Assembly: GCF_056746865.1 (NCBI RefSeq) | Contig: NZ_CM163382.1 | DNA: 64,000 bases | Reading direction: 5' to 3' (one strand) | Shown here: positions 1 through 13,446 of the stretch, piece after piece | How the letters are laid out: each line of letters begins with the position of its first letter | Numbering within the stretch: position 1 is the first letter of the stretch | Position numbers and translations under genes: made by a program | The notes under the pieces: model-generated | The model's input: the letters and a program-made list of their open reading frames with translations, nothing else | Told to the model about the DNA's origin: nothing | The model's database searches: none

Positions 1-902
1 TTGGCTGTGTTTTGACTTTGTTACTGTTGGTTTTGCTTATATTTATGGCAGCAAAAGGACTGCGTTATCAGGCCTTGATGACCAGTCTCAACGGCGTAAG
101 ATTTAGTTTTAATTGCTCTATGAAAGGGTTCTGGTGGGTAACCTTTTTCTTGCCGATTTTAATGGCCATTGGGATGGGGACTGTTTTCTTTATCTCGACA
201 AAGATGCTACATGCCAATAGTTCAAGTAGTGTTATTATATCTGTGGTTCTGATGGCAATAGTTGGTATTGTTTCCATTGGTATTTTTAATGGTACTTTAT
301 ATAGCCTGGTAATGAGTTTTCTCTGGAGCAATACCAGTTTCGGTATACATCGTTTCAAGGTGAAATTAGATACTACGTATTGTATAAAATATGCCATTCT
401 CGCATTTTTAGCTTTATTACCTTTTCTCGCTGTTGCTGGTTATATTATCTTCGATCAAATATTAAATGCGTATGATAGTTCTGTGTATGCAAATGATGAT
501 ATTGAGAATTTACAGCAATTTATGGAAATGCAACGTAAAATGATAATCGCGCAGTTAATCTATTATTTTGGGATTGCTGTTAGCACCAGTTATTTAACGG
601 TGTCGTTGCGAAATCATTTTATGAGCAACCTGTCACTGAATGATGGGCGTATTCGTTTTCGCTCAACTTTAACGTACCACGGTATGCTTTATCGCATGTG
701 TGCGTTGGTGGTGATATCCGGGATTACGGGCGGTCTGGCTTATCCACTGCTGAAAATATGGATGATTGACTGGCAGGCAAAAAATACGTATTTGCTGGGC
801 GATTTGGATGACCTTCCTTTAATCAATAAAGAAGAACAACCAGATAAAGGCTTCTTAGCCAGGATTTCACGGGGAATTATGCCTTCTTTACCATTTCTGT
901 AA
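1..902 (+). CDS. yjgN: Inner membrane protein, C-terminal part (gene starts upstream of window); multi-TM hydrophobic protein
   Basis: ORF open to window start; hydrophobic TM-rich translation; position upstream of valS matches recalled E. coli gene order. Confidence 0.6.
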   Translation, partial: GCVLTLLLLVLLIFMAAKGLRYQALMTSLNGVRFSFNCSMKGFWWVTFFLPILMAIGMGTVFFISTKMLHANSSSSVIISVVLMAIVGIVSIGIFNGTLYSLVMSFLWSNTSFGIHRFKVKLDTTYCIKYAILAFLALLPFLAVAGYIIFDQILNAYDSSVYANDDIENLQQFMEMQRKMIIAQLIYYFGIAVSTSYLTVSLRNHFMSNLSLNDGRIRFRSTLTYHGMLYRMCALVVISGITGGLAYPLLKIWMIDWQAKNTYLLGDLDDLPLINKEEQPDKGFLARISRGIMPSLPFL

Positions 903-903
903 G

Positions 904-942
904 AGATAAAAAAGGCCGGAGCATGCTCCGGCCTTCGTTTTC
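904..942. terminator. Bidirectional intrinsic terminator between yjgN and valS
   Basis: Perfect 20-bp palindrome GGCCGGAGCATGCTCCGGCC flanked by A-run upstream and T-run downstream. Confidence 0.6.
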
Positions 943-957
943 ATTACTGTGTTTTGA

Positions 958-3813
958 TTACAGCGCGGCGATAACAGCCTGCTGTTCAATCAGCTTCGCT
1001 TTCGCTTCTGCATAGCCTTCCAGCTTTTCACGCTCTTTCGCGATGACCGCTTCCGGTGCGCGGGCGACAAAGCCTTCATTCGCCAGCTTGTTCTCGATAC
1101 GGCTGATTTCGCCTTCGATCTTCGCCACTTCTTTCGCCAGACGCGCCAGCTCATCTTCTTTGTTGATGAGGCCAGCCATCGGGATCAGCAGCTCTGCGCC
1201 GTCGATGATCTTAGTAACGGAAACCGGACCTTTGTCATCGGCAGGCAGCACGGTGATGCTTTCCAGACGCGCCAGCGTTTGCAGGAAGCCACGGTTTTCA
1301 TTTACGCGACGTTCTGCATCCGCGCTGCAACCACGCAGTAGCAGCTCCAGCGGTTTGCCCGGCGCGATGTTCATTTCTGCACGGATGTTACGTACCGCAA
1401 CGATCGCCTGCTTCAGCCACTCTGTGTCGGCCAGTGCGGCTTCATCAACCTGAGATGCATCGTACTGCGGGAACGGCTGCAGCATGATGGTGTCGGCAGT
1501 GATACCGCAAAGTACTTTCACACGCTGCCAGATGGTTTCGGTGATGAACGGAATGATCGGATGCGCGAGGCGCAGCAGACCTTCCAGCACGGTCACCAGC
1601 GTATGGCGAGTACCGCGCAGTTCGGCTTCGGTGCCACCGTTCATTACCGGCTTAGTCAGTTCCAGATACCAGTCACAGAACTGGTTCCAGGTGAACTCAT
1701 ACAGAATGCCTGCGGCGATATCGAAGCGGAAGCTGTCCAGCGCTTCGCGGTACGCTTTGATGGTCTGGTTGAACTCCGCCAGAATCCAGCGATCCGCCAG
1801 CGACAGCGTCATTTCGCCGCCGTTGAAGCCGCAATCCTGACCTTCTGTGTTCATCAGCACAAAGCGGCTGGCGTTCCACAGCTTGTTACAGAAGTTACGG
1901 TAACCTTCCAGGCGTTTCATATCCCAGTTGATATCGCGACCGGTAGAAGCCAGCGCCGCCAGGGTGAAGCGCAGCGCGTCAGTACCGTGCGGTTCAATAC
2001 CGTTCGGGAACTGCTTCTCGGTGCGCTTACGGATTTTGTCCGCCAGCTGTGGCTGCATCATATTGCCGGTGCGTTTTTCCAGCAGTTCTGGCAGCGAAAT
2101 ACCGTCAACCATATCCAGTGGGTCAATAACGTTACCCTTGGATTTGGACATCTTCTGGCCTTCGTCGTCACGAATCAGGCCGGTCATGTAAACAGTGTGG
2201 AACGGCACCTGCGGTTTGCCATTTTCATCTTTGATGAAGTGCATGGTCATCATGATCATGCGGGCAATCCAGAAGAAGATGATGTCGAAACCAGATACCA
2301 TCACGCTGGTTGGGTGGAACTGACGCAGGGCGTCGGTATTTTCCGGCCAGCCAAGGGTAGAGAAGGTCCACAGCGCAGAAGAGAACCAGGTGTCGAGAAC
2401 GTCTTCGTCCTGACGCAGGGCAACGTCGGCACCGAGGTTATTTTCTTTACGCACTTCGTCTTCGTTGCGGCCAACATAAACGTTACCCGCTTCGTCGTAC
2501 CATGCCGGGATTCGGTGACCCCACCACAGCTGACGAGAGATACACCAGTCCTGAATATCGCGCATCCAGGAGAAGTACATGTTTTCGTACTGCTTCGGTA
2601 CGAACTGAATGTCGCCATTCTCAACCGCTTCAACTGCCGGTTTCGCCAGGACATCGGCACGCACGTACCACTGGTCGGTCAGCATCGGTTCGATAACTAC
2701 GCCGCCACGGTCGCCGTAAGGAACGGTCAGGTCGTGCGGTTTAATTTCTTCCAGCAGGCCGAGTGCGTCAACCGCAGCAACGACTGCTTTACGTGCAGCA
2801 AAACGCTCGAGTTTCTGGAACTCTGCCGGGATTTCGCTGGAATAAACGTCAGATTCGTTACCTTTGGTATCGAACACCTGGGCGCTTTCACGGATATCGC
2901 CGTCAAAGGTCAGGATGTTGATCATCGGCAGCGCGTGACGTTTACCCACTTCATAGTCGTTAAAGTCGTGCGCCGGAGTGATTTTCACGCAGCCGGTGCC
3001 TTTTTCCATGTCGGCGTGTTCGTCGCCAACGATCGGAATACGACGGTTAACCAGCGGCAGAATGACATATTTGCCAATCAGATCTTTGTAACGCGGATCT
3101 TCCGGGTTAACGGCTACGCCAGTATCGCCCAGCAGGGTTTCCGGACGGGTAGTCGCAACCACCAGATAATCTTTACCGTCTGCGGTTTTCGCGCCGTCAG
3201 CCAGCGGATAGCGGATGTGCCACATCGAACCTTTTGATTCGCGGTTTTCCACTTCCAGGTCAGAGATAGCGGTGCGCAGTTTCGGGTCCCAGTTTACCAG
3301 GCGTTTGCCACGGTAAATCAGGTCTTCTTTATACAGACGAACGAAAACTTCTTTCACCGCATTGGACAGGCCTTCGTCCATGGTGAAGCGTTCACGCTCC
3401 CAGTCGACGGAGTTGCCGAGACGGCGCATCTGACGGGTAATGGTGCCGCCGGACTCCGCTTTCCATTCCCAGATTTTGTCGATGAAAGCTTCGCGGCCGT
3501 AGTCGTGACGGGTTTTACCTTCTTCTGCGGCAATCTTGCGCTCAACGACCATCTGGGTAGCGATCCCGGCGTGGTCAGTACCGACCTGCCACAGGGTGTT
3601 TTTGCCCTGCATGCGCTGATAGCGGATCATGGTATCCATGATGGTTTGCTGGAAGGCGTGACCCATATGCAAACTGCCGGTGACGTTCGGCGGCGGGATC
3701 ATGATGCAGAAACTTTCCTGGCTTTCATCGCCATTAGGCTTAAAGTAGCCCTGCTTTTCCCAGTGCTCGTAAAGCGGCTGTTCGATATCTTGTGGGTTAT
3801 ATGTCTTTTCCAT
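958..3813 (-). CDS. valS: Valyl-tRNA synthetase
   Basis: 951-aa ORF with class I aaRS HIGH-type motif ([12 protein letters not shown]) and KMSKS motif. Confidence 0.97.
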   Translation of the reverse strand: MEKTYNPQDIEQPLYEHWEKQGYFKPNGDESQESFCIMIPPPNVTGSLHMGHAFQQTIMDTMIRYQRMQGKNTLWQVGTDHAGIATQMVVERKIAAEEGKTRHDYGREAFIDKIWEWKAESGGTITRQMRRLGNSVDWERERFTMDEGLSNAVKEVFVRLYKEDLIYRGKRLVNWDPKLRTAISDLEVENRESKGSMWHIRYPLADGAKTADGKDYLVVATTRPETLLGDTGVAVNPEDPRYKDLIGKYVILPLVNRRIPIVGDEHADMEKGTGCVKITPAHDFNDYEVGKRHALPMINILTFDGDIRESAQVFDTKGNESDVYSSEIPAEFQKLERFAARKAVVAAVDALGLLEEIKPHDLTVPYGDRGGVVIEPMLTDQWYVRADVLAKPAVEAVENGDIQFVPKQYENMYFSWMRDIQDWCISRQLWWGHRIPAWYDEAGNVYVGRNEDEVRKENNLGADVALRQDEDVLDTWFSSALWTFSTLGWPENTDALRQFHPTSVMVSGFDIIFFWIARMIMMTMHFIKDENGKPQVPFHTVYMTGLIRDDEGQKMSKSKGNVIDPLDMVDGISLPELLEKRTGNMMQPQLADKIRKRTEKQFPNGIEPHGTDALRFTLAALASTGRDINWDMKRLEGYRNFCNKLWNASRFVLMNTEGQDCGFNGGEMTLSLADRWILAEFNQTIKAYREALDSFRFDIAAGILYEFTWNQFCDWYLELTKPVMNGGTEAELRGTRHTLVTVLEGLLRLAHPIIPFITETIWQRVKVLCGITADTIMLQPFPQYDASQVDEAALADTEWLKQAIVAVRNIRAEMNIAPGKPLELLLRGCSADAERRVNENRGFLQTLARLESITVLPADDKGPVSVTKIIDGAELLIPMAGLINKEDELARLAKEVAKIEGEISRIENKLANEGFVARAPEAVIAKEREKLEGYAEAKAKLIEQQAVIAAL

Positions 3814-4256
3814 TATTTCCAGGTTGCCGTATTCAGGTTGAAACCAGCCACGCGGTAGGCTTTATAGCGTTCGCGCGCCAGTTGTTTCAGAGAATCTTCA
3901 TAAGGAACGAAGTCTACCACTTCTGTGAAAGCGGTGGCAAAATCTGCAAAGCTTGTTCGCAGACTAATCAATATATCGCGCGGGCTGCTGCTGCGTTTTT
4001 GCGGCCAGGCGATCTCCACCGGCGCACCGCCGCGCGGTCCTTCTCCCGCTAAATTATGCGGAACAAAGCTTTCTGCCGGACGCGCCCACAGGGCTTCATC
4101 CAGCCGGTAAGCCTGCTTTTCATCTTCACAGGCGATGAGCACGCGCTTACCGCTGCGCCAACGTTCTGCGGCAATTTCACACACCAGTTGCTCAACGGCG
4201 CTTAAGCCATCGACGGTGGTGTCATTGTCCAGAAGGTAGAACGTCGCGTTTTTCAT
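3813..4256 (-). CDS. holC: DNA polymerase III chi subunit
   Basis: 147-aa [15 protein letters not shown]...; stop overlaps valS start (ATGA), conserved holC-valS arrangement. Confidence 0.93.
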   Translation of the reverse strand: MKNATFYLLDNDTTVDGLSAVEQLVCEIAAERWRSGKRVLIACEDEKQAYRLDEALWARPAESFVPHNLAGEGPRGGAPVEIAWPQKRSSSPRDILISLRTSFADFATAFTEVVDFVPYEDSLKQLARERYKAYRVAGFNLNTATWK

Positions 4257-4308
4257 AAATGGGGCTTCTTGTGGTGGATTTAAATACGCATCAGGTATAC
4301 ACCGCAGC

Positions 4309-4510
<202 letters not shown>

Positions 4511-4511
4511 A

Positions 4512-6026
<1,515 letters not shown>

Positions 6027-6289
6027 CTACGCTCCTGAATCTTAAAGACAACGGCGGTGGCTACAGATAGAATTGCAAGCTTTCGTAACTCATGTCCGCT
6101 GTTGCGATGACTTCGTGTTAATCTTAACGTTATTACGGCATTGGCACGTCAGAACAAAATCTGAGAGGTGAATCCGTTGAGTATAATTATCTTAGCGACG
6201 ATTTCGACGACTCAAGAGAATAAATGACGTTTAAGCCATGAAACAAGCTAAAATCCTGCAAAAGACGAGTTTTTACGGGCGTATTTAAA

Positions 6290-7390
6290 GTGATAATCAT
6301 AAGATATCTGGTGCGGGAGACGCTCAAAAGCCAGCTGGCGATACTCTTCATCTTGCTTTTGATCTTCTTCTGTCAAAAGTTAGTGAGGATCCTCGGCGCA
6401 GCGGTTGACGGCGATATTCCGGCGAATCTGGTGCTCTCCCTTCTCGGGTTGGGCGTGCCGGAAATGGCGCAGCTTATCCTGCCATTAAGCCTGTTCCTCG
6501 GGCTGCTGATGACGCTGGGCAAACTGTATACCGAAAGTGAAATTACGGTAATGCATGCCTGCGGCCTGAGCAAAGCGGTTCTGGTGAAAGCGGCAATGAT
6601 CCTTGCGGTATTCACGGCAATCGTAGCGGCGGTTAACGTGATGTGGGCGGGACCGTGGTCATCGCGTCATCAGGATGAAGTGTTAGCAGAAGCGAAAGCG
6701 AACCCTGGCATGGCGGCGCTGGCGCAAGGGCAATTCCAGCAAGCGACTAATGGCAGCTCGGTGCTGTTCATCGAAAGCGTTGACGGCAGCGATTTCAAAG
6801 ATGTGTTCCTCGCGCAAATTCGACCAAAAGGTAATGCACGTCCTTCTGTGGTGGTGGCCGATTCCGGACATTTAACCCAGCTGCGCGACGGCTCCCAGGT
6901 CGTCACTCTCAACCAGGGAACGCGCTTCGAAGGCACTGCATTGTTACGTGATTTCCGCATTACGGACTTCCAGGATTATCAGGCGATCATTGGTCACCAG
7001 GCGGTGGCGCTCGACCCGAACGATACCGACCAGATGGACATGCGCACATTGTGGAACACTGACACCGATCGTGCTCGCGCAGAACTGAACTGGCGTATCA
7101 CGTTGGTATTCACCGTGTTTATGATGGCACTTATGGTCGTACCGCTGAGCGTGGTTAACCCACGTCAGGGACGCGTACTGTCGATGCTGCCAGCCATGCT
7201 GCTGTATCTACTTTTCTTCCTGATCCAGACCTCCCTGAAATCGAACGGCGGTAAAGGTAAGCTGGACCCGACGCTGTGGATGTGGACCGTTAACCTGATT
7301 TATCTGGCTTTAGCGATTGTTCTCAACCTTTGGGACACCGTGCCGGTCCGCCGCCTGCGCGCCAGTTTTTCGCGTAAAGGAGCGGTGTGA
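6290..7390 (+). CDS. lptF: LPS export ABC transporter permease LptF
   Basis: 366-aa membrane protein, GTG start, 1-bp overlap with downstream lptG. Confidence 0.9.
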   Translation: MIIIRYLVRETLKSQLAILFILLLIFFCQKLVRILGAAVDGDIPANLVLSLLGLGVPEMAQLILPLSLFLGLLMTLGKLYTESEITVMHACGLSKAVLVKAAMILAVFTAIVAAVNVMWAGPWSSRHQDEVLAEAKANPGMAALAQGQFQQATNGSSVLFIESVDGSDFKDVFLAQIRPKGNARPSVVVADSGHLTQLRDGSQVVTLNQGTRFEGTALLRDFRITDFQDYQAIIGHQAVALDPNDTDQMDMRTLWNTDTDRARAELNWRITLVFTVFMMALMVVPLSVVNPRQGRVLSMLPAMLLYLLFFLIQTSLKSNGGKGKLDPTLWMWTVNLIYLALAIVLNLWDTVPVRRLRASFSRKGAV

Positions 7391-8472
7391 TGCAACCTTT
7401 TGGCGTACTTGACCGCTATATCGGTAAAACTATTTTCACCACCATCATGATGACACTGTTCATGCTGGTGTCGCTGTCGGGCATTATCAAGTTTGTCGAT
7501 CAGCTGAAAAAAGCCGGGCAGGGGAGTTACGACGCGTTAGGCGCAGGAATGTATACCTTGCTGAGCGTGCCGAAAGATGTGCAGATCTTCTTCCCGATGG
7601 CGGCTCTGCTTGGGGCGTTGCTTGGTCTTGGGATGCTGGCGCAGCGCAGCGAACTGGTGGTGATGCAGGCTTCTGGTTTTACCCGTATGCAGGTGGCGCT
7701 GTCGGTGATGAAAACCGCCATTCCGCTGGTCTTGCTGACGATGGCGATTGGCGAATGGGTCGCGCCGCAGGGCGAGCAGATGGCGCGTAACTACCGTGCG
7801 CAGGCGATGTACGGCGGCTCGTTGCTCTCTACCCAGCAAGGCTTATGGGCGAAAGATGGCAACAACTTCGTCTACATTGAGCGGGTTAAAGGTGACGAAG
7901 AGTTAGGTGGCATCAGCATTTATGCCTTTAACGAGAATCGTCGTCTGCAATCCGTACGCTATGCCGCTACTGCGAAGTTTGACCCGGAACATAAAGTCTG
8001 GCGTCTGTCGCAGGTTGATGAATCTGATCTGACCAATCCGAAACAGATTACCGGTTCGCAGACGGTGAGCGGCACCTGGAAAACCAACCTCACGCCGGAC
8101 AAACTGGGCGTGGTGGCGCTGGACCCGGATGCACTCTCTATCAGCGGTTTGCACAACTATGTGAAGTATCTGAAGTCGAGCGGTCAGGATGCCGGACGTT
8201 ATCAGCTCAACATGTGGAGCAAAATCTTCCAGCCGCTATCTGTGGCGGTGATGATGCTGATGGCGCTGTCGTTCATCTTTGGCCCACTGCGTAGCGTACC
8301 GATGGGCGTGCGTGTGGTCACCGGTATCAGTTTCGGTTTTGTCTTCTACGTACTGGACCAGATCTTCGGCCCGCTGACGTTGGTTTATGGCATCCCGCCG
8401 ATCATCGGCGCACTGTTGCCAAGCGCCAGCTTCTTCTTAATCAGCCTGTGGCTGTTAATGAGAAAATCGTAA
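7390..8472 (+). CDS. lptG: LPS export ABC transporter permease LptG
   Basis: 360-aa membrane protein MQPFGVLDRYIGK...; ATG overlaps lptF stop (TGATG). Confidence 0.9.
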   Translation: MQPFGVLDRYIGKTIFTTIMMTLFMLVSLSGIIKFVDQLKKAGQGSYDALGAGMYTLLSVPKDVQIFFPMAALLGALLGLGMLAQRSELVVMQASGFTRMQVALSVMKTAIPLVLLTMAIGEWVAPQGEQMARNYRAQAMYGGSLLSTQQGLWAKDGNNFVYIERVKGDEELGGISIYAFNENRRLQSVRYAATAKFDPEHKVWRLSQVDESDLTNPKQITGSQTVSGTWKTNLTPDKLGVVALDPDALSISGLHNYVKYLKSSGQDAGRYQLNMWSKIFQPLSVAVMMLMALSFIFGPLRSVPMGVRVVTGISFGFVFYVLDQIFGPLTLVYGIPPIIGALLPSASFFLISLWLLMRKS

Positions 8473-8487
8473 CCGAATGAACGAATA

Positions 8488-8514
8488 AAGGGAGCGAAAG
8501 CTCCCTTTATTATT
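8488..8514 (+). terminator. Intrinsic terminator after lptG
   Basis: Hairpin AAAGGGAGC-GAA-GCTCCCTTT followed by T-rich tract. Confidence 0.6.
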
Positions 8515-8583
8515 GTTAGCAAAGTGTGCTTCGTTCATTCCTGAAAAATAATTAAAATTCAATATATTGCAGTGGGGTGGGCA

Positions 8584-8612
8584 TGATAAGACGCGCCAGC
8601 GTCGCATCAGGC
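8584..8612. repeat. Single REP element
   Basis: TGATAAGACGCGCCAGCGTCGCATCAGGC matches REP palindrome family seen at 4.3 kb. Confidence 0.6.
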
Positions 8613-8632
8613 AAAGACAAATCTCGCCTGAC

Positions 8633-10135
8633 TTACCTTCTTCTCCCCCCCAGCAAACTCCCCAACATCCCGCGTACAATCTGATTCGTCACTTGGCGAG
8701 CGGCGCTTTTGGCCATTGTTTGCACCACACCATCTTTCTTCCCGCCGCGTGGTCCGGTAGTGCCGAACAAAATATCCTTCAATCCACCAAGAATGCCGTC
8801 ATCCACCGCTACCTCTTTCCCTTTCGCGGGAGGATTATTTTGCTGCTCGGTACTGGCCTGAAAGCCTTTTTGCAACATCTCATAGGCGGATTCCCGGTCC
8901 ACCTCATCCTCATATTTGCCATACACCGGAGAGTGATTAATCAAGCCATTACGCTCATCTTCCGTCACCGGCCCCATCCGCGAACAAGGCGCGATCACCA
9001 TCGCACGCTCCACCACAGAAGGGCTTCCTTTCGCATCCAGAAAAGAGATCAACGCCTCGCCGGTGCCCAGTTCCTGAATCGCCTTTTCGGTATCAAACGC
9101 CGGATTGGCCCGCATGGTTTGCGCCGCTGCCTTCACTGCTTTCTGATCTTTTGGCGTAAAAGCCCGCAAAGCATGTTGAACGCGATTACCGAGCTGCCCG
9201 AGCACATTATCCGGAATATCAGACGGGTTTTGCGAAACGAACCAGACGCCCACGCCTTTTGAGCGAATAAGCCTTATCACCTGCTCAATCTTATCCAGCA
9301 GTACCTGCGGGGCATCGTTAAACAGCAGATGTGCCTCGTCGAAGAAAAACACCAGTTTTGGTTTCTCCAGATCGCCCGCTTCCGGCAATTGTTCATACAA
9401 CTCTGAAAGCATCCACAGCAGGCTGGCGGCGTACAGTTTCGGCATCTGATAAAGTTTCTCGGCGCTGAGGATATTGATAACGCCTTTACCGTTGGCATCG
9501 GTGCGCATCCAGTCTTTGATATCCAGCATCGGCTCACCAAAGAAGTGTGCTGCGCCTTGCTGTTCCAGCGACAACAGCCCGCGCTGGATGGCACCAACCG
9601 ATGCGCTACTGATATTACCGTACTGATTCTGGAAGGATTTGGCGTTATCGCCGATGTACTGGGTAATTGCCCGCAGATCTTTAAAGTCGAGCAGTAACAG
9701 CCCCTGATCGTCAGCAATGCGGAAGATGATATTCAGCACGCCAGATTGCACATCGTTGAGATTCAACAGTCGTGCCAGCAACAGCGGCCCCAGATCCGAA
9801 ACCGTCGCCCGCACCGGATGGCCTTTCTCGCCAAAGATATCCCACACCACCACCGGATTGGCATGCGGTTGCCAGTCATTGACGCCGATATTTTTAAGCC
9901 TTGCGAGCAGTTTTTCCGACACCGTTCCTGCCTGCGCGACGCCGGTCAGATCGCCTTTCACATCAGCCATAAACACCGGCACGCCGATTTCCGACAATGA
10001 CTCCGCCAGTTTTTGCAGCGTAACGGTTTTACCCGTCCCCGTTGCGCCGGTAATCAGCCCATGACGGTTAGCCATTCCCGGCAGTAAAAACAGTTCTGTG
10101 TCCGGCGTGCGGGCAATTAACAGGGGTTCACTCAT
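8633..10135 (-). CDS. yjgR: DUF853-type P-loop NTPase
   Basis: 500-aa ORF with Walker A GATGTGKT. Confidence 0.85.
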
Positions 10136-10212
10136 GAGATATCCTCCAGTTTCCTGCCTGGAGTATAGGCAACGTCCGGCAAAGAGAATACGTGTAATGA
10201 AGAGAAAATAAC

Positions 10213-11211
10213 CTAAAGCGTGTTGCCGTGATAAATCTGATACCCGAGGTCAACAGTGTTGTGGTTGTGATCGTTATTTTTAATTTTGCTCAGCAACATT
10301 TGGGCGGCCATCCGACCAATATCAAAACGGGGAGTAATTACGCTGGCGAGGCTTGGGATCATTTGCCTGCCAATCTCCAGCCCATGAAAACCCGCAATGG
10401 AAATTTGTTCTGGCACGGCGAGGTTTCGCTCGCGGCACAGCAGAAGCGCACCCATCGCAATATCGTCATTGGTGCAAAATACACCGTCTAAATCCGGGTT
10501 TGCGCTAAGGGCATCACGCATTAACTGCATTCCTAAATGAATGGATGAGATGGCGCGTGGATTCATGCGTAATGGGGAAAGATTATGCAGCATCATCGCA
10601 TCGCAATACCCCTGATAACGCTGTTCATCGCGGGTGTCATCTTTGGAACCGAGATACAGAATTTTGTGCCTGACTCGCTTCTCCAGCATGGTACACACCA
10701 TGTCAAAAGCGGCCTGCCGATTATCAAAACCGACCTCCATATCCAGCCGTTCTCCCTGTACATCCATCAATTCCACGACCGGAATGGTGGCTGAACGCAG
10801 AAATTTCACCGTCCTGATGGTGTGATATTTTTCCGAAAGTATAATCCCGTCAATGTTATAAGAGAGCAGGTTAATCACCGACTCTTCTTCGGAATCGCGA
10901 TCGTAATTGTAATTAGCAATAAGGGTCTGATAATTATGCTCAGAGGTGACGGATTCTATTCCCGCGAGAATGTCAGCGAAGAGTTGATTTTGAAATGACG
11001 GAATCAAGATACCGAGGGTATAACTTTGTGCATTCAACAACATGCCGGGAGCGCGATTAGGGATATAATTGATCTCTTCCATAATTTTGGCGATGCGCTC
11101 GCCTGTTTCCTTTGCCACCTTTTTCGGCGAGCGGATATAACGACTCACGGTCATTTTTGTTACGCCAGCCAGCGTAGCGATATCCTGTAAAGAAATTCTG
11201 TGATTGCGCAT
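10213..11211 (-). CDS. idnR: LacI-family transcriptional regulator of idonate catabolism
   Basis: N-terminal HTH ([21 protein letters not shown]) plus periplasmic-binding-fold body; start taken at MRNHRISLQ (ORF track start 11241 is an upstream in-frame codon). Confidence 0.88.
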
Positions 11212-11277
11212 AACTTCTCCCAACGTCGGGGGAATCTTCAATCTTCCCCCGAAACTACATCACAATATTTTATTCTT

Positions 11278-12597
11278 TCAGTGCAATACGGCGTTAATGG
11301 CTAACACGCCCAGCAAACCCATAATAGAAATAAGGGTTTCCATCACCGTCCAGGTACGCAACGTTTCACCAACCGTCAGATTAAAATACCCTTTAAATAG
11401 CCAGAAGCCAGGGTCGTTTACGTGTGACGCGATCACGCTGCCCGCACCGGTTGCCAGTACCATTAAAGCGGGATCGGCATGGGTAACGTTGATAATCGGC
11501 AACACCACACCCGCGGTGGTAATGGCCGCGACGGTGGCAGAGCCCAGAGCGATACGCAACAGCGCCGCAACAGTCCAGCACATCAATAACGGCGAAAGTG
11601 TAGTTCCGGTCATTAAGTGTGAAATATAGTGCCCGACACCGCTATCTACTAATACCTGCTTAAACGCGCCGCCGCCAGCGATAATAAACACAATCATCGC
11701 GATAGCGCCTATAGAATCCCCAATGATATCCATGATTTGCTCGATGGTGCGTCCATTACGTCGGCCCAGTGTGAAAATCGCAATAACAATGGCAATAAAC
11801 AGCGCAACGGCAGGGTTACCGACAAATTCAAAGAAGAGGCGCACGGTGTTAGTTTTCGGTAACGTAATTTCACAAACGGCGGCGATAGCCATCAGGATGA
11901 CCGGGATCACGGCAGCGAAAATACTGTTCCAGAAGGAGGGCATCTCCTCTTCGCTAAACAGATGAGGATTAAATAAGCCTTCCGGTGGTGCTTTCTCAAA
12001 GCGAGTTAGCAGTTTAGAAAACAGCGGTCCTGCGACAATAACTGTCGGAATGGTAATGATAAATCCATACAGTAAAGTCGTTCCGAGATTAGCCTCAAAG
12101 ATAGTCGCGATGGCAGTAGGCCCTGGATGTGGCGGCAGAAAACAGTGGGTTACAGAGAGCGCTGCTACCATTGGTACGCCAACATACAACAGGGGTAATC
12201 CTGATGATGCTACGATGGTAAATACCAACGGCAACAGCAGGACAAAACCCACTTCAAAAAACATGGCGAGGCCCACAACCAGACCGGTGATCACTAGCGC
12301 CCATTGCACGCGTTTTTTACCAAAAGTAGCAATCAGCGTAGTGGCGATACGTTGTGCCGCACCCGTATCAGAAATCAGCTTGCCTAACATGGCCCCGAAA
12401 CCGAGGATCATTGCCAGCCCGCCGAGCGTGCTGCCGATACCATTTTGTATAGAGTGCAGGACGGCCTGTGCATCCATCCCTTCGGCAAATCCGACGACGG
12501 CAGCTACCAGAACGAGGGCAATAAAGCCGTTAACTTTAAAGCCGATCATCAGGATAAGAAGCAGCGCGACGCCTGCCGCAATAATGATTAATGGCAT
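11278..12597 (-). CDS. idnT: GntP-family gluconate/idonate:H+ symporter
   Basis: 439-aa polytopic membrane protein MPLIIIAAGVALLL... Confidence 0.9.
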   Translation of the reverse strand: MPLIIIAAGVALLLILMIGFKVNGFIALVLVAAVVGFAEGMDAQAVLHSIQNGIGSTLGGLAMILGFGAMLGKLISDTGAAQRIATTLIATFGKKRVQWALVITGLVVGLAMFFEVGFVLLLPLVFTIVASSGLPLLYVGVPMVAALSVTHCFLPPHPGPTAIATIFEANLGTTLLYGFIITIPTVIVAGPLFSKLLTRFEKAPPEGLFNPHLFSEEEMPSFWNSIFAAVIPVILMAIAAVCEITLPKTNTVRLFFEFVGNPAVALFIAIVIAIFTLGRRNGRTIEQIMDIIGDSIGAIAMIVFIIAGGGAFKQVLVDSGVGHYISHLMTGTTLSPLLMCWTVAALLRIALGSATVAAITTAGVVLPIINVTHADPALMVLATGAGSVIASHVNDPGFWLFKGYFNLTVGETLRTWTVMETLISIMGLLGVLAINAVLH

Positions 12598-12658
12598 AGT
12601 CTTTATCTCTTATTAGTGCCAGAAAAGCAGCGCTTTCGCGCTGCACGTAGGGGGGCTG

Positions 12659-13423
12659 TTAAACAGCCACTAACATGCCGCCATCAACAAACAACAGGTG
12701 GCCGTTTACGAAATCAGAGGCTTTTGAAGAAAGGAACACCGCAGCACCAATCAGTTCCTGCGGATCTCCCCAGCGTGCGGCGGGGGTCCGTTTGCACAAC
12801 CAGGCGGTGAAGGCTTCGTCCTCAACCAGTGCTTTAGTCATTTCTGTTTTGAAATAGCCCGGCGCAATACCGTTGACCTGAATATTGTGGCGCGCCAGCT
12901 CGACGCACATGCCGCGGGTGAGCATTTTTACCGCCCCTTTCGATGCGGCATAAGGGGTGATGGTGTCACGTCCCAGTTCGCTTTGCATCGAGCAAATATT
13001 AATAACTTTACCTGCCTTGCGTTCAACCATGTGACGAGTTACCGCTTGCGATACCAGGAACACGGCGGTCTGGTTTACTGCGATCACATCATTCCACTCT
13101 TGTTCAGGGAACTCAGTAAAAGGATGACGGCGCTGGATACCGGCGTTATTCACCAGCACATCAATGGGGCCGATGTCCTTTTCGATATGTTCAACGGCGG
13201 CATCAATTTCATGTTTATGAGTAACATTAAAAGGTGCGGCAACGGCCTGAATACCCTCCTGGTGGAGTTTTTCTACAGCAAGTTCTGCGCGTTCGGCAGT
13301 AATATCATTAATAATTATTTGTGCGCCATATTTACCCAGGCCGGTTGCCAGTAAAAAGCCAATGCCCTGTGCTGAACCGGTAATCAAGATATTTTTTCCT
13401 GCCAGTGAAAATAGATCGTTCAT
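12659..13423 (-). CDS. idnO: 5-keto-D-gluconate 5-reductase (SDR family)
   Basis: 254-aa ORF with SDR glycine motif ILITGSAQGIG and catalytic YAASK. Confidence 0.9.
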   Translation of the reverse strand: MNDLFSLAGKNILITGSAQGIGFLLATGLGKYGAQIIINDITAERAELAVEKLHQEGIQAVAAPFNVTHKHEIDAAVEHIEKDIGPIDVLVNNAGIQRRHPFTEFPEQEWNDVIAVNQTAVFLVSQAVTRHMVERKAGKVINICSMQSELGRDTITPYAASKGAVKMLTRGMCVELARHNIQVNGIAPGYFKTEMTKALVEDEAFTAWLCKRTPAARWGDPQELIGAAVFLSSKASDFVNGHLLFVDGGMLVAV

Positions 13424-13446
13424 TGTATTATTCCTTTATTTATCTC

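Noticed and set aside
1561-3237. 558-aa plus-strand ORF inside valS
   Set aside because: Antisense shadow ORF within a well-supported conserved gene; no independent signals.
8567-9262. 231-aa plus-strand ORF overlapping yjgR
   Set aside because: Antisense to the P-loop NTPase gene; basic low-complexity translation.
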